Below are positions 41,219 through 55,150 of a DNA stretch of 64,000 nt, piece by piece. The stretch is from Caecitellus pseudoparvulus (taxonomy: Eukaryota; Protista; Bigyra: Bicosoecida): contig CBFFRQ010000212.1 in the NCBI GenBank assembly GCA_965644315.1, positions 72,090 to 136,089 on the forward strand, written 5' to 3'. A model generated the notes under the pieces. That model saw only the letters and a list, made by a program, of their open reading frames with translations. It ran no database searches and was not told the DNA's origin. Made by a program: the position numbers and the translations under genes. Every line of letters begins with the position of its first letter. Position 1 is the first letter of the stretch.

Positions 41219-44200
41219 TCACCTGCGCCTGCGCTTGATGGCTTCCTGCACGCTGTGCACGAGAGCGGACAAGCGGTCGACAACAAAGGCCAGGCGGCGG
41301 GGGGCGCCGTCATCCCCCACGCTGTGCACCACCACCATGCCGGGGATGGTGTGTTTGAGCGTGAGGCGCTTGAGGCTGCTCAGGCTCCAGCGTTCCTCGG
41401 CGTCCATGCGCTGCAAGTCCACGGCCAGCATGAAGGGAGCCTGGGGCGACGTGGTGCCTGCTGGGCTGTCCCCATCCACGTCCACTGCCACCCGCCCCGT
41501 CAGACTGCCCGACATGCCGGGCGGGTCTGTGGTGGGCGCGTGTGTGTCGTGCAGGGCGTCGGCACAGTGCAGGGGGCATAGGCGTGGGCGCAGCACCAGC
41601 AGGTGAGACTTGGTCAGCACCAGGAAGCGCCGGTAGGGGAGGAGGGAGGGGGACATCAGGTGCCGCCCCTCGTGCCCGCCTGCCCGCTGCAGCGCCGTGT
41701 ACACCTCGTCGCTGGCGACCAGCGTCGCGCCGAACACGGGGCGGGAGGCGTCCTTCAAGGAGAGGCAGAGGAAGGCGCCACAGCCCAGGGGCAGGGAGTG
41801 TGCCGCGTCCATGTCGCCGCCCCCTTCTGGCGCAGCGTGCGGGTCCAGGTGTGAAGCATCCCCTGCTGTCCAGGTCGCTCCCAGCTGCTGCAGGGGCAGG
41901 CAGCCGACTTTGGGCGTGGCCAGCTGCTGCAGCACGCGGGCGTGCAGCAGTTCGGTCAGGTCTCCCCGCGGCAGGCGCCCTTGCAAGGTGGACAGGGGAG
42001 ACGTGTCGCTCGCTCTGCCTCGGACTGGGGGCGGCGTCCCCCCTGTGCCTCGCTTGGTACTCCACTGGCGCAGGCGGCTGAACAGTCCACGCTTGGTCGG
42101 CTTGTCCTCGGCAGGGGGCGGCGGTGGTGTTGCAGGAGGTGGACTGGCTGCCTCCGGGCTCAGCCACGTGTACAAGTCGGCATAGGCCAGCAGGAAGGGC
42201 GACACGCTGGCGCCCTCCCCCGCCAGACTGTCGCACTGGGCCTCGAAGAAGGCGTCATCCGGCACGTGCACTGACAGGTCTGGGCTGGGAGCACGCCCTC
42301 CTTGGGCAGAGGAGGTGCTGGGAGTCGAGGCTGAGCCCCCGCCCTGGGCTCCCGCAAAGCTGCCTCGCCGCTGCCGCCCCTGCTCTGTGGGGCTCAGCAA
42401 CTCATGGGAGGTGCTGGCTCGGCCACGGGTGCCCGTGCTGGCGCCACGTACAGGGCCACTGGACGAGGCGGACCGTGGGCGAGAGGGCGAGGGGACTCCG
42501 CCCCCCAGCTGCCGGGAGCGGTGCAGAGCGCTGAGGGCGGAGGGGGTGTGGACAGTGTTGGGGTTGGGCGGCACTGGCGCCGAAGCTTCGCGCAGTGCTG
42601 GGTGTGTGGGGGCGCTGGCGGGGGAGCCGCCCGTTGTGGTGGCGGCTGCGCTGGCGCCATCAAAAGCCCGTGTGTCAGGGCTGGTGTCCCCCGGCAGGGA
42701 GCCCTCGGTCCCGCCACGAGAGCGAGGCGTGGAGGTGGGAGCCTGGGATGTGGTGGAGCAGGCGTGCTCGCCGCCGCCGCTGGCAGCGGCAAAGGCAGCC
42801 GCGTCCGAGGAGGGCGTCGGTGTCACAACTTCAGGTCGTGTAAACAGACTGGACACGAGGCGCTGCGCCAGGGATGTGGAGGTGGGTCCGCCCCCCGCCT
42901 CGCCAGCCGTCTCCTCCGCCGCCTCCTCCACAGGCAGCTCAGACTCCACGAGCAAGTCGGCCGTGGCGGCGTCCCCCTGTCGCTGGCGCAGGGCTGCATA
43001 CCCTCCCTGCACTTCACTCACGTACTTGAAGCCCCGCTGCAGCAGGAACAACACCACCAGCCGTGTGACGTCCTCAGCCGAGTAGTCGTCGCCCTCCTGC
43101 CCGCTCACCAGGGCAGACGCGTGGGCCACAGCACCACCCCCCCCCGCATCCTCCGCTTTCCGGCGCCTGCGCCATGACTTGGGCAGGTGCAGCATGCCCA
43201 GCCGCCTGGCTCCTGAGCCGCCGCCCTCACTTGCGGCCCCACGCTCCTGCCGCCCATCCTGCAAGTCGGAGATGTCCCCCGGCACCAAGAGTGCAGTGGG
43301 GTCCAGGGGGGGCGCCGGCGCAGACCCCGTGTAGTACGCCTTGGACGTGTCCCCCTCCCCCATGACGGCCAGGTGCTGCCCCTGCAGCGCCCCCAGCATG
43401 GCCGTCAGGGGGTCCAGCGCAGATGGGTCCAGCAGGGCCCGGGGGTCCAGGTGCAGGGCTGTGGGCAAGTGGCCCGCCGCCCACTCCCCAGCCGGGCGAC
43501 AGTCCACGACGAAGTACTTGGGCGCGACAGGCACTGTCACGCCAGCTGCTGCGGTGGGCGGAGCCGCATCCCCCATGCCTGGCTGACTGGCCAGCAGCTC
43601 CCCAACGCTGACCTTGGCACACACGCGCTCCTCCAGCCGGGCAAGGAGGGGGCCGGACACGGGTCGGCCGGGGGCGTAGCACACGACGAAGAGCAGGTCG
43701 CGCAGCGACACGGGCGAGGCGAGGTACAGCTGCCCCGCCAGCAGGCACACTTCCCGGATGTGCTGTGCGTCTCGGAACTGCAGGCGGGAGATGCCGCCCA
43801 GCAGGTTTGAGTAGGCGTCCCCCCCCGCGCCCTGGGCCCACTTCTCGATGGCGTCGGCGTGGCTCATGAGGAACGCCACAGCGACAAAGTGCAGGATCTC
43901 AGGGCCAAGCGGCGCCTGCACCTGGGCCTCTGCGCCGCCCCCGTCGGACCACGTGACCACTTCGGGGGGCGGGACGCAGGGGGGCCGTGTCCGGTGCCCG
44001 CTCGCGTCCCGGCCCGAGCCATGCCACAGCAGGAAGTCCCACAGCACCAGCAGCGGCGCTGGCTCCAGCATGCGTGCGAACATGGTGATGATCCACGGCG
44101 TCGCGTACAGCTCGGGGGGGATGTCATGCGTGTCCAGCAGCGTGCACATCCACGGGCAGTGGTACTGCAGCGTCAGCCGGAACAGCCGGAAGGAGCACTG

Positions 44201-44921
44201 CAACGACACGAAGTCGTCATCCTCCGCGTACATCGTGGGCAGGAACTGTGGGGGGGGGGGGGGGCACAGCGCAGTGCGTGGACAAGCTCGGCAGAGGGCG
44301 TCGCGGGCTCGGCACGCACCTTGGCCACAGTGCGCTCCAGCATCTGGTACACGACGGCGTCAGGGGCCACGCGCTCCACTGCCTCTGCGTCCACGGTGCC
44401 TGTGCCGGCGGACTCCACGTCCTCGGCGCCGCCCTCCCACCCTGCTCGGTCTGCCAGCCCAGCCGCGGCGGCGAGCACAAAGGGCGGCAGCAGCTCGTTC
44501 AGGCCCTGCTTGTACACGACGGAGCGGTTCTTGACGTAGTAAGTCATGACACGGCGAATGCGGGCCCTCATTTCGTCCGTCTTGAACAGGGGGTGCCCTG
44601 CTCGTGTCTGCAGCAGGCAGGTGCGCCTGGGTGTCGAAGAAGCAAGGTGGGAGCAGGCCAGCGCTGCCCACGCACCCGTTCGGCATCCACACGAATGACA
44701 CGCTGATTCGGCAGGTCCTGCTTGGTGGCAGCGATGCGCTGGTTCATCAAGTCATGGCTCGTGGAGTCCACGCTGCAGGGGGGGGCGGCCAGCGCGAGGG
44801 ATGTGAAGTGGGAGCGTGCAGGCACAAAATCCGCACCGCCGCACCCGAGCAGCTGCTTCCACAAGGCCAGCCGCCTGCTGGGCTTCACCGCTGGCCAGAG
44901 GACGGTGTCCACATACTCCAT
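41219..44921 (-). CDS. TBC1D23: TBC domain plus rhodanese-like protein (multi-exon, start uncertain)
   Basis: IRVDAER, YKQGLNELL.PF, LQYH.P, LYATPW; FVVDCRP..E..AGHLPTA.HLD. Confidence 0.8.
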
Positions 44922-45425
44922 TGTGCGCAGTGAGGCTGGGCTGTGACCAAGCCTCAACGCATGCCCACGAGGCACAGGCGAGGACGGTGCAGACAAACAC
45001 CGGGGGCTGCCCTGCGTTCACGCTCGCAAAGCCAGGGAGGGCGACCAGCTTTTGAATCCAGTGCTGGGTTGACGCCCCTGCCTCGAGCAAAGGTTGGGCG
45101 TTGGGATTGTGGTTGATCGTCGTGCATGCGTGCGCTGGGCACGACTGCCGCCGTGGCGCTCGCAACTCCCTCCCACACAGCACATTTCCGCAGCAGTGCC
45201 TTTGTGCGCTGACAGATGATCGACCCTGTGCGCACTTGCTCGCGTGTCTGCGCCAACGCGTGTGTGGGCTGACGCTGGAGTTCCCTACTTGCGGTGTTTG
45301 CGTCGCTCGGGCTGCCTGCCAACCCAGTCAGCCGCAGCCTGCACGCCCGCCCGGCACACTGAGGCCCCTGCTGTGGGCCAGTTCTTGGGCAAGTACACCC
45401 GGTCGTGAGCACTGTTGTGACCGGC

Positions 45426-48400
45426 ATGCAGAGCTCTTCGTCGCGCATCCTACCGGGTGCTCAGAGCAAAGCCAGCCTGGCTTCCTCTCGAAGGGGCGGC
45501 GGTGCTGGCGGCACCTCCAAGCAAGCACTGGTGCGTGGCGGGCCCAGGAAGCGTGTTTTTGTGCGATGCTCTTTGTATTTCATGTGTCCCCTGGCACTGC
45601 AAGGGACGGCGGGCCCCCTGGCAGGGGCTGCAAACGGCGAGCGGCGTTGCGATCTCAGCTCGATGCCCGCCCGGCACGCCAGCACGCCCCGGCCCTGCGC
45701 AGAAAGACAAGCCCGTCATTCGTGATGAGCATGGGAATGACGTGACACCTGCCTCCCTCCTGTCTGAGGACCCGAAGGATGAAGGCGTGAGTAAGTTCTT
45801 CTCGTTCAACCCCGGCACTGGCGAGAGCAAGCAAGGGGGCGAGGAGGACGATGCGTTCTCCGTCGGCGCCGCCTCCATTCGTAGTGGAGAGGCGTCAGAG
45901 GGGGAGGAGGAAATGCCCGCCACGGCTGCAGGGGCTGGTGGCTGGGGTGGCGACACGGCAGCCCCCGCCGCCTCGCTGGAGTCCCAGCCAGGCCCCGCCA
46001 GTGCAAGCAGTGCCCACCCCCGCCTGACTGAGGCCGAGCTGGCTGCCACGGTGACACTGACGCTGGAGGAGACGGACACGCTGACGGACCTGTTCATCCC
46101 CTCCTCTGTCGTCATGGTGGCGACGGAGGCGGCGGCGGCGGCAGAGGAGGCCAACGCCCGGTACACTGCGTACCGCACCGTCATGGCCCGGGGAGGGGAG
46201 GGCTACACCACCACCGCTGCCCAGACGCTGGCGGGGCCCTCCTCCCGCTCCATGGCCAACAAGCGCGTGCAGACGGCGCCGCCCACCATGGTGTCTTCGG
46301 GCGTGCAGGCCACGGCGTGGGGCATCGCGGACGCCGTCGCGGCAGCCGGGGAGGGGGACGCGGAGGAGGAGGAGGAGGCGTTGGGGGGGGACCCCGCCGC
46401 CACGACGGGGGGGGGTGGCGAGGAGACCTCTGCCGCTGCTGCTTCTGTGGCGGCGCAGGTGCGCCACGTGCTGACGGCGGGGGAGGCCGCCCCAGGTTTC
46501 CTGCTGGACGAGGTGGGGTCCGTGGTCATCCGACCCGTGGGGGTGCCTGAGGGAGGTGCGGCAGATGCCGGGCCGGGTGGCCGTCGTCGTCGTCGTCCTC
46601 GAGACGCTGCCAGTCTGGGCGTGTCTGTGGGGGAGGCGCGGGCGGTGGCGCCACCCCCCGCCCCCAGCGCCTCTGCCGCCTCCCTGCCGGACCTGGCTGG
46701 CAGCACACTGCTGGGGTCTGGCGCCGTGCACTCCAGCACCGGAGGCGGCCTCCTGGCCTCCTCCCAGCACAGCACCCTGCAGGACGGCGGGGAGGCCCAC
46801 GGGGACGGCGCCGCGGTGGAGGCCACGCCAGGCAGCACGTGGGCGACAGTGGCCACCGCCAAGGAGGCCGCCGCCGTGCTGGGCTCCCGGCGCCTGCTGT
46901 CCTCCCTGCGCATCGTGGAGCAGGCTGTGCAGCAAAACCTGTACCACCACGCACACAGGCTGTACCGGGCCCGGGCAGGGGCCGAGGCGCTGGAGGGGCT
47001 GCTGCTGTCCCTGGGCCTGTCAGTGGACCGGGGGTCCCCCGAGGAGGACATGGGCGGCCTGGCGGGCATCACATCTGTGGGCAGTGGCACTGCCCACCAC
47101 GCCTCGCTCTCTGCAGAGGGTGGCGGGGTGCTGGATGCCGGCGGGGGGCTGCTGGATGCCGGCGGGCTGGAAGAGGGCGATGAGGAGGACGACGAGGAGG
47201 AGGGTGGCGGTCTGAGCAGTGCCCCCCTGAGCTCGGCGGCGCACTCCAGTGCCATGAGCGAGGCGTCTGACGGCGAGGAGGGGCCCGGCGACGGACACAG
47301 CGGCGTGCCTGGCGGCGGCGGCGGCGGGGGGGATGACGCCTCTTCCTCCGGGGAGGTGGATGAGGCCACCACCCTCGTGAACATGCTGGGCGCGGGGCTG
47401 GCCACGGACGGCGTGCCGGGCCTCCTGCGCCTCTTCACGTACACCTGCCCTGCCCTGGTGGGGCGCAACGTCACGAGCCTCGTGTGGAACACCGTGAACA
47501 CCGACCTCCTGGCGGCGGGGTACGGCCCGGGGCAGTACACGCCCGACGCCGCGGCACCCGGTGCCCTGGCCCTGTGGAGCATGACCAACCCCTCCTACCC
47601 CCAGGCAGTGGTGACCCTCCCCGTGGGCGTCATGGCCCTGGACTTCTCGTCGCAGCACGGCAACCTGCTGGCGGCGGGGTACTACGACGGGCGAGTGGCG
47701 GTGTTCGACGTGGCGGCGCTGCTGGCAGGCACCGCCTCCGGCCCCAACATCGTGTCAGACCCGCTGGGGCGAGAGGCACACAGTGAGCCCGTGTGGCAGG
47801 TGAAGTGGGTGACGTGGGACGAGGCGGGGCAGGAGCGCATCGTCAGCGTGTCCACCGACGGCCGTGTGAACGAGTGGAGCTTGAAGAAGGGCCTGCAAGG
47901 TAAGCGGCTGATGGAGGTGCGGCGGCGGCGGGAGGTGGGCCCAGCGCCCGCAGCGGGCGGCGGCACTGGCGCCCCCACCCCCGCCACCTCTTCCGCCAAC
48001 ATTTCGGGTCTGTCCGCGACGGAGGCAGCCGCCATCGTCAAGGGCGACGTGCCGGCGGACCCCATCGAGGCCGCCCTGGCCAAGAAGAGCTCCAAGGAGC
48101 GGCAGCGAGCCCTGGCCGCCCTGGCCAACAAGGGCCCCAAGGGGGGCCAGGCCGGCGCCGACTCCGTCATCACCTCCACTGCCGCCGCCCTCTGCGTGGA
48201 CTTTCCCTGGAGCGACCCCACGCGGTACCTGGTGGGGGTGGAGGACGGCACGATGCACCAGTGCAGCGTCAGCTACACTGACAGCCCCCTGGAGTCGTAC
48301 GCAGCGCACGCGGGCCCCCTGAACCGCCTGCGCATCTCGCCATACTACCCCACCGCAGTCCTCACCGCGTCAGCTGACTGGACCGTCAAGCTGTGGGACC

Positions 48401-49131
48401 TCCGAGACACGTCCGGGGTGGATGAGTCTGCCACGGCAGCGGGGGGGGCCTCTGCCGCGGGTGGCGCCTCCTCTGCCGCCGGAGGGGGGGGCTCCTCTGC
48501 CGCCGGGCGGGGGGGCACCGGCGGCCAGGGTGGCGGCGGGGCTGGCGCCACGGGGACCCCCTACGTCACTGACACCTGTCGCTCCGCCGTGTCTGACGTG
48601 GCGTGGAGCCCCACGGTGGCCACGCGGTTTGTGTGTGTGGATGAGGACGGCTGGATCCGCCTGTGGCAGGTGGGCTCCTCTGGCCAGCCCATGCTGGAGC
48701 ACCGGGCCACGGCGCCCCCCCCCGGACAGGAGGAGGCGGGGGGCTTCATGGCCACCCTGCGGCGCAAGCTGGGCAAGTCAGCAGCAGGGGGCGGTGGAGG
48801 CGACGACGCCGATGGCGCAGGTGGCGGCGACGACGCCTTGGGCCTGGCTCTGGGCATGACGGCGGAGGAGGAGGAGGAGGGCGGTGCAGGGGGGGGTGAG
48901 GGCAGGGGCAAGGCCGTGGCCATCACGCTGGCCCCGCAGAAGCTGTCCTGCGTCGTGTTCGCGCCGAACGCGCCGGTGCTGGTGACGGGGGACAGCATGG
49001 GGCGTGTGGATGTGTACCGCCTGATGGGGCGGGCCGCCACCAGCACCCTCATGGGCCTGACAGCCATGGAGCAGACCGAGGCGCTGTACTTCGCCATGCA
49101 CCCAGACGAGAAGGACCTGGGCGAGCTGTGA
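45426..49131 (+). CDS. DNAI4: Axonemal dynein intermediate chain, WDR78/IC138-like (probable intron 45531-45702)
   Basis: G.DVTP..L, V.QN.Y, GRNVTSL.WN..N.DLLA.GYG, WS..NP.YP, H.EPVWQ.KW, WD40 repeats. Confidence 0.75.
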
Positions 49132-49163
49132 TGAGGCAAGGGGCAGGAGCAGAAGCATTGAAT

Positions 49164-49543
49164 TCAATCGGCCTCCTTGCCCGTGCTCTCGGCTGGTGGC
49201 GCCTCCGCAGCCAGCTTGGCCTTGACTTCCTGTGCCGTGGCGGCCTTGGCCAGCTCCTCGGCAGCCTTGGCTGTCTTGGCGGCCAGCGCCTCGTCGTGGC
49301 GGGCCTCTGCGCTGCTCATGCGCGCCTCCAACTTGGCCTTGATGGCGTCAGGGGTCTTTGCTGAGTGGTGTTCCTGGGCACGTGCCGCCAGGCGGGCCTG
49401 CGATGGCGAGCGCCAGGCACACCTTCCTCGTGCAGTGCCGTTGCGCATCACCACGCCGTCCACTCACCTGCACGCCTTTCAGCTCTTCCGTCTTGCCTTC
49501 CGCAGCCATAGTGGCGGACCTGTGAAAGGCGGCATGGTGTCAT
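49164..49543 (-). CDS. Small Ala/Lys-rich coiled-coil protein (spliced, stathmin-like)
   Basis: IKAKLEARMSSAEARH helix; GTGAGT donor near 49468; start uncertain. Confidence 0.35.
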
Positions 49544-49908
49544 GCGGTGCTAAAGCTGCTCAGACTGCCCGTCTCGCCTGCTGCTTCTTTGTGGCAAGCG
49601 AGCCACGCACAGGGTTGGTGCACTTTGAAAGGGGCAGGTGTGCTGTAAGGGGGCAAGCGTGAACTGGCCGATGTTCACAAAGGCTGGGATGTGGTGTTGA
49701 AGTTGAGTTTGACTCCACCCCTGGGTGTGCGCCTGCGTGCCTGGAGAAGACTGGCGTGTTTGAGGAGCTGGTGCTGATCCCGGCGCAGTCCTGGCCAGCC
49801 GACACTGGCCCCACCATGGCACAAAGCACTGCACGCAGAGACAGGCAGCTCACACAGTGCCCATGGTCCCTCTTCAGACCTCAGCAGCCCTTGTCCCGTG
49901 CTGCAGCC

Positions 49909-51113
49909 ATGCATCGCCTGCGCACGGCGGCAGCTTGGCGGCGAGGCATGGCCTCCGCAGCCCGCCTGCCCCTGAACCTGAGCGAGGTCGGGCTGAAAGT
50001 GCTGCAGGCGCCAGCAGTCGAGGACAAGATGCGCTGGACGCTGGAGGCGTGGGACGAGCTGGATCAGCAGGGCACCCTGGGCCCCTGGCCGCCCACGGAG
50101 CATTTGGATGCAGAGCAGGCCGCCTCCCTGCGCAGCATCCCAGACACGGACCTGCCGGGGCTCCCCACCAATGCCGTGCGGTCCTTGCTCCCAGCATCCG
50201 GGTCCTGGGCACCAACCATTTGCAGGGCGTCCCTGCCGGGACACGCTGCAGTGCCCGATCACCCAGCACGGCCCAGCAAACCCGAGCTCGTGTCTGGTGC
50301 GGAAATTGCCGCCTGCGCGAGACGCCGCCGACCTCGCTGCACCCCCACCCGTGCCTCCTGCAGGCAAGAAGTTCCGCAGGCCAAAGGTGGCTGCGAATGT
50401 GTACCTCCTGCACGCCCTGGCACACGTGGAGTTGAACGCGTGTGGTGCGTGGGGGGCGCCAGTATCGCGGTAGTGGATCGCCCCTCGCACAAGCGTTGCT
50501 GTCATGCGCCGCCTGCACAGATCTGTACTGGGACACCATCGTGCGCTTCTACGATGACGACGTGCCCACGCAGCTCTTCGTGGACCTGCTGGACATCGCC
50601 CGGGACGAGGCCAAACACTTTTCCTGGCTGCAGCAACGCCTGGTCGCACTGGGCAGCGGCTACGGCGCCCTGCCTGCGCACAAGGCCCTGTGGGAGCAGG
50701 GCCACAGCTCCCGAGGCAGCCTCCTGGCGCGCCTCGCCGTCGTGCCTCTCGTGCAGGAGGCCAAGGCGCTGGATGCCGCCGACCGACTGAGGGGGCGCAT
50801 GGTGGGTGCGGGGGATGGGCCCAGTGCGGAGCTCGTGGCGCAGATTTGCGCCGAAGAGGTGGGGCACGTGTACAAGGGCATGCAGTGGTTCATTCACCTG
50901 TGTCTGGAGCAGGGAGTCCACCCGCCCACCGCCTTCCACGCCCAGGTGGCGCGGCACTGCCCGTCGCCACTACCCGGCCCCTTCAATGAAACCGCCCGCG
51001 CCATGGCAGGCATGTGGCCAGAGTGGTTCCGCCCCGTGTCTCGCGGCGGCGTGTCGCGCCGGGCCTGGCTCACCATGAAACATCATCAAGCGGGAGCGGG
51101 TACTCCCCATTGA
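49909..51113 (+). CDS. DUF455 ferritin-like protein (multi-exon)
   Basis: LLHALAHVELNA, DEAKHF, YG.LPAH, VPLVQEAKALDA, EEVGHV; Arg-rich putative transit peptide. Confidence 0.8.
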
Positions 51114-53309
51114 AGCAGGCGGTGCAGTGGCCTCGGGCAGTCGTGCGCAGGTATGGCGGCGGCTTGGCCAGGGCGCCCAGCGTATTCCGCGGGGGGGAAG
51201 CCCCCGCGGCGTCCCCTGCCTCGCCTTCCATGGCCGGACGGGGTGGACTGGAGGTGTACTCCCCCCCCACGGCCCACCCCCCCATGCCGCCCGCCTCGGC
51301 AGCGTCCCCAGGCGTGCAAATGCCTCGCACAGTGCCTGCCTCCCCCCACAGCTCCGACGGGAAGCCGCTCTGCTCGAGAGGCACGTCAGTCAGGGTGCTG
51401 GTGCTGGGACCACCCTGCTTTCCCGGCGCCTCCCCTCGCCGGCGGGGCAGTGCCTCTGGGTCGGGGCTACTGGCTGGGGCGCCGTGCAGGGTGTGGGTGT
51501 ATGCCGTGAGCGGCTGGGCCTCGGCGCCCAGTGTCACGGCGTGCATCATGCCGTCGTGAGACAGGAATGCCAGGGAGTCGGCGCCGAGGTACTCTGCGAT
51601 GCGCGCCACGGAGCCGACGCGGTGGGCGATGAGCTCCTCTGGGGCGCCGATGTCCACACCCATGAAGCAGGGGTGGCGCAGGGGGGGCGAGGACACGCGG
51701 ATGTGCACCTCCGCCGCCCCTGCCCGGCGCAGCAGGGGCACCATTTGCCGCATGGTGCTGCCACGGACAATGCTGTCGTCCACCAGCACCACCACCTTCC
51801 CGGCGATGTTCTGGGCGAGGGCGTTGAACTTCAACTTGATGGCGTTGTCCCGCATGGCTTGGTCCGGCTGGATGAAGGTGCGCCCGATGTACCGGTTCTT
51901 GCACAGGATCTCCGTGTACGGCTTGCCCGCCGCCCGCGCGAACCCGATGCCGGCGGCGAGGGAGCTGTCCGGCACGCCCGACACGATGTCGGCGTGGGGC
52001 ACGGGGGACTCCAGGGCCAGCTGGGCGCCCAGGCGCTGCCGGACAGTGTGCACGAGCTGCCCCTCCAGCACTGTGTCGGGGCGGGAGAAGTAGACGTACT
52101 CGAACACACACAGGGCAGGCGGAACAGCCACCTGCTTGGCCGGCAGTGCCCACCACGACGTCACGCCCGACGCGTCCACACGCACGATCTCCCCGGGCAT
52201 GACCTCTCGCACGAGGGTGTACCCGACCGTGCCCAGAGCACAGGACTCTGAGGAGAGGCAGTACGACACCTGCCCCTCCTCCACACACGCCCCGATGCAC
52301 AGCGGCCGCATGCCGAACCGATCCCGCACCCCGTACAGCGCCTGCCCTGTGAGCAGGGTGAAGGCGAAGGCCCCCTCACACTCCCCCACCAGGGCGGCCA
52401 GGCGGAATTCGAAGCTGTCCCCGGGACTGTCAGGGTGAGGCAGCACGCCGCCGCCGCGGCCTGGCGCGGGAACTTCCACTTGCACTTCGTCCTGCCCACG
52501 CGGCGTGGCCACCCGCACAGCTGCCGGGTCCTGCTTCGCCTCTGCCGCCGCTGCGTCGCTCCCTGCAGCTGCTGGCTGTTCGGGGCTGGCCAGACTCGTG
52601 GTGGGCTGCCCCCGGGCAGTGGGCGCCAGGCCACTCCAGCCGCCTGCCTCGGGGAAGTAATGTGCGAGGAAAGGGTGGTCGGGGGTCGCCTCCTGTGGCG
52701 CCCGCGCCATGCACTGCGCGATGACTTCGCTGTCCGTGTGTGTGAAGAGGCCCACGCCGCGCCGCAGCACGGCGGTGCGCAGGGCCTTCTGCCGTGTCAG
52801 CTGGCCGTTGTGGGCCACTGCCACCTGGCCCAAGTCCGTCTCCAGGACGAATGGCTGCGCGTTGGCGGAGATGCTGCCGCCTGCCGTGGAGTACCGCGTG
52901 TGCCCGATGGCGGCGGTGCCGGGCAGGCTGCGGATGGCTTCTTCAGTGAACACTTGAGACACCTGCCACGAGGAGGGGGGGCGTGTGGAGGTGCGCACGT
53001 GGGTGGGATCACAGGGCGGACCTGCACGCACCAGACCCATGTCTTTGTGCACGTGCATGCGGCCGTTGTGGCACGTGGCAATGCCTGCAGATTCCTGCCC
53101 CCGGTGCTGCAGCGCATACAGCCCGAAGAAAGCCAGCCGGGCAGCCGACCGCTTCACGCAGCGGATCCTGTGGCGAGGGCAGGGCATTGAACAGAGAGTA
53201 AACTTCAGCAGGCCACATTGCCCTCGCACTGGCGAGCCACAACGCACCCAAACACTCCACATTCGTGCTGCGGCTTGTCGCCGTCGTGGCTGGAATCTTG
53301 AGCTGCCAT
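51070..53309 (-). CDS. purF: Amidophosphoribosyltransferase (multi-exon)
   Basis: Exon 1 MAAQD..KPQHECGVFG; LQHRGQESAGI, GHTRYST, AHNG, CVFEYVYFSRPD, LVDDSIVRG, CTACF.G.YP. Confidence 0.93.
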
Positions 53310-53579
53310 GGCGTAACAGCAGTGGGAAGCAGGTCAACAGTCCAGTGGAGCTGCCCTGTCGTTTTCAGGCATGTGCTTAGAATTCTTGGATGATTTACAC
53401 GCCCGACAGATCTGTACCACCACCCTTACGGCTGGACAAGGGGTGCTCGGGGGGGCGAGTCGATTTCCGCACCCAGCACCAGTTCCCACTGGCGCACACA
53501 TTCCCCACACCTGCACTTTGGCGCCCCCACAGCCAGCACGCACCTGTACTGCACCCTGAGCACTAGCACAACGTGCACG

Positions 53580-55120
53580 ATGGCAGTGTCCGTGCAGCCG
53601 ACAGCCGGCACTGCGCAGGATGTGTGGCGGCGCATCGGCATTCTGGGCGGGGGGCAGTTGGGCCTCATGATTGCAGAGGCTGCGCGGCGGCTGAACGTGC
53701 ACACAACGGTGCTGGACCCCAACCCTGCATGCCCAGCGTCCTTGGGTGAGTGGCGCCCCACCCCGCCACGGCCTGCCACGCCCACCCGGCCAACACCTGC
53801 CGCCCGCGCCAGCTGCCGACGCGACTTTGGAGGGCAGTTTCCGGGATGCTGCCCGCATCCGAGACCTAGCCAAGGCGTGTGACGCGCTGACGGTGGAGAT
53901 CGAGCACATTGACGCCGGTGCCTATGGCGAGGCGGGCCGCGCCTGCGGCATTCCGACGGCGCCCTTGCCGGCCACCGTGGCTCTGATCCAAGACAAGTTC
54001 CTGCAAAAGCAGCACTTTGCAGAGCAAGGCGTGCCGCAGGGGCCCTGTCGGTCCGTGGACAGTGCCGAAGAACTGGCAGTGGCTGGCCAGGTGCGTCGGC
54101 TGCGCCGTTCGCGCAGCCCGCGTAGCGGCGAACCAAGCGCCTTCACCTGCGCAGGAACTGGGCTACCCGCTCATGCTCAAGGCTCGCAAGGGCGCCTACG
54201 ACGGGCGAGGCAATGCTGTGATAGACTCTGCTGCGTCTGCCGTCTCGGCTGTCGCCAGCCTACTGCCACCGCCTGCAGCAGAGGCGTTTGCAGCGGGGCA
54301 GCCGGGTGGCGCGGGCTTGTTGTACGTGGAAGGGTGGGTGGCGTTCCAGCGAGAGTTGGCGGTGATGGTGGCGCGCAGTGCCACGGGGGAGTGTGCAGCA
54401 TACCCTGTCGTGGAGACCGTGCACAAAGACAGCATCTGCCACGTCGTCATCGCACCTGCTCCCGTGTCTGACGAGGTACACGCTGCGGCCACCGCTGCGG
54501 CGTTGGCTGCGGTGCAGTGCCTCAGCGGGGCCGGCGTGTTTGGCGTGGAGCTGTTCCACACAGACGCGGGGGGCGTCTTGCTGAACGAAGTGGCCCCCCG
54601 CCCGCACAATTCCGGGCACTACACCATTGAAGCCTGCGAGTGCGACCAGTTCGAGCAGCTCGTGCGGTGTGTACTGGGGCTACCGCTTGGCTCCACTGCG
54701 CTGCGTGTGCCGGCGGCCATCATGGTGAACGTCCTGGGCACGCCGGCGCAAGAAGACGACGACGATGCCGCTTTGCTGCCCAGTGCCGAGCTTGCCGGCG
54801 CTGCCGCCAACCCCCTGTGGAGTGACCCCGCAGCCAAGCAGGTGCTGCTGGCCAGCGGCGTTGCCGAGCCACGCGCAGTGCAGTCCACGTGGGCCATGTG
54901 CCAGCGAGCCTTGGGTGTGCCAGGTGCTGCCGTGCATTGGTATGGCAAGGCAGGCACGCGGCCGGGGCGCAAGGTGGGCCACATCACCGTCACTGCGCCG
55001 AGCCAAGCGGAGGCGTTTCTCCGCGCCGGGCGCGTGCTGGGGCAGGGCCTCGCATCTGAGCCTGCGTATGCCCGGTTCTTCTCCGCGCCCACTGACGCGA
55101 CGGGCAGTGCAGGGAAGTAG
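53580..55120 (+). CDS. purK: N5-CAIR synthetase, ATP-grasp PurK domain (multi-exon)
   Basis: IGILGGGQLG.M, TVEIEH, IQDK..QK, YDGRGN, NEVAPRPHNSGHYTIE, HWYGK...RKVGH. Confidence 0.9.
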
Positions 55121-55150
55121 GTGGACCCCTCGCTCGTCTTTGCATTGCGC

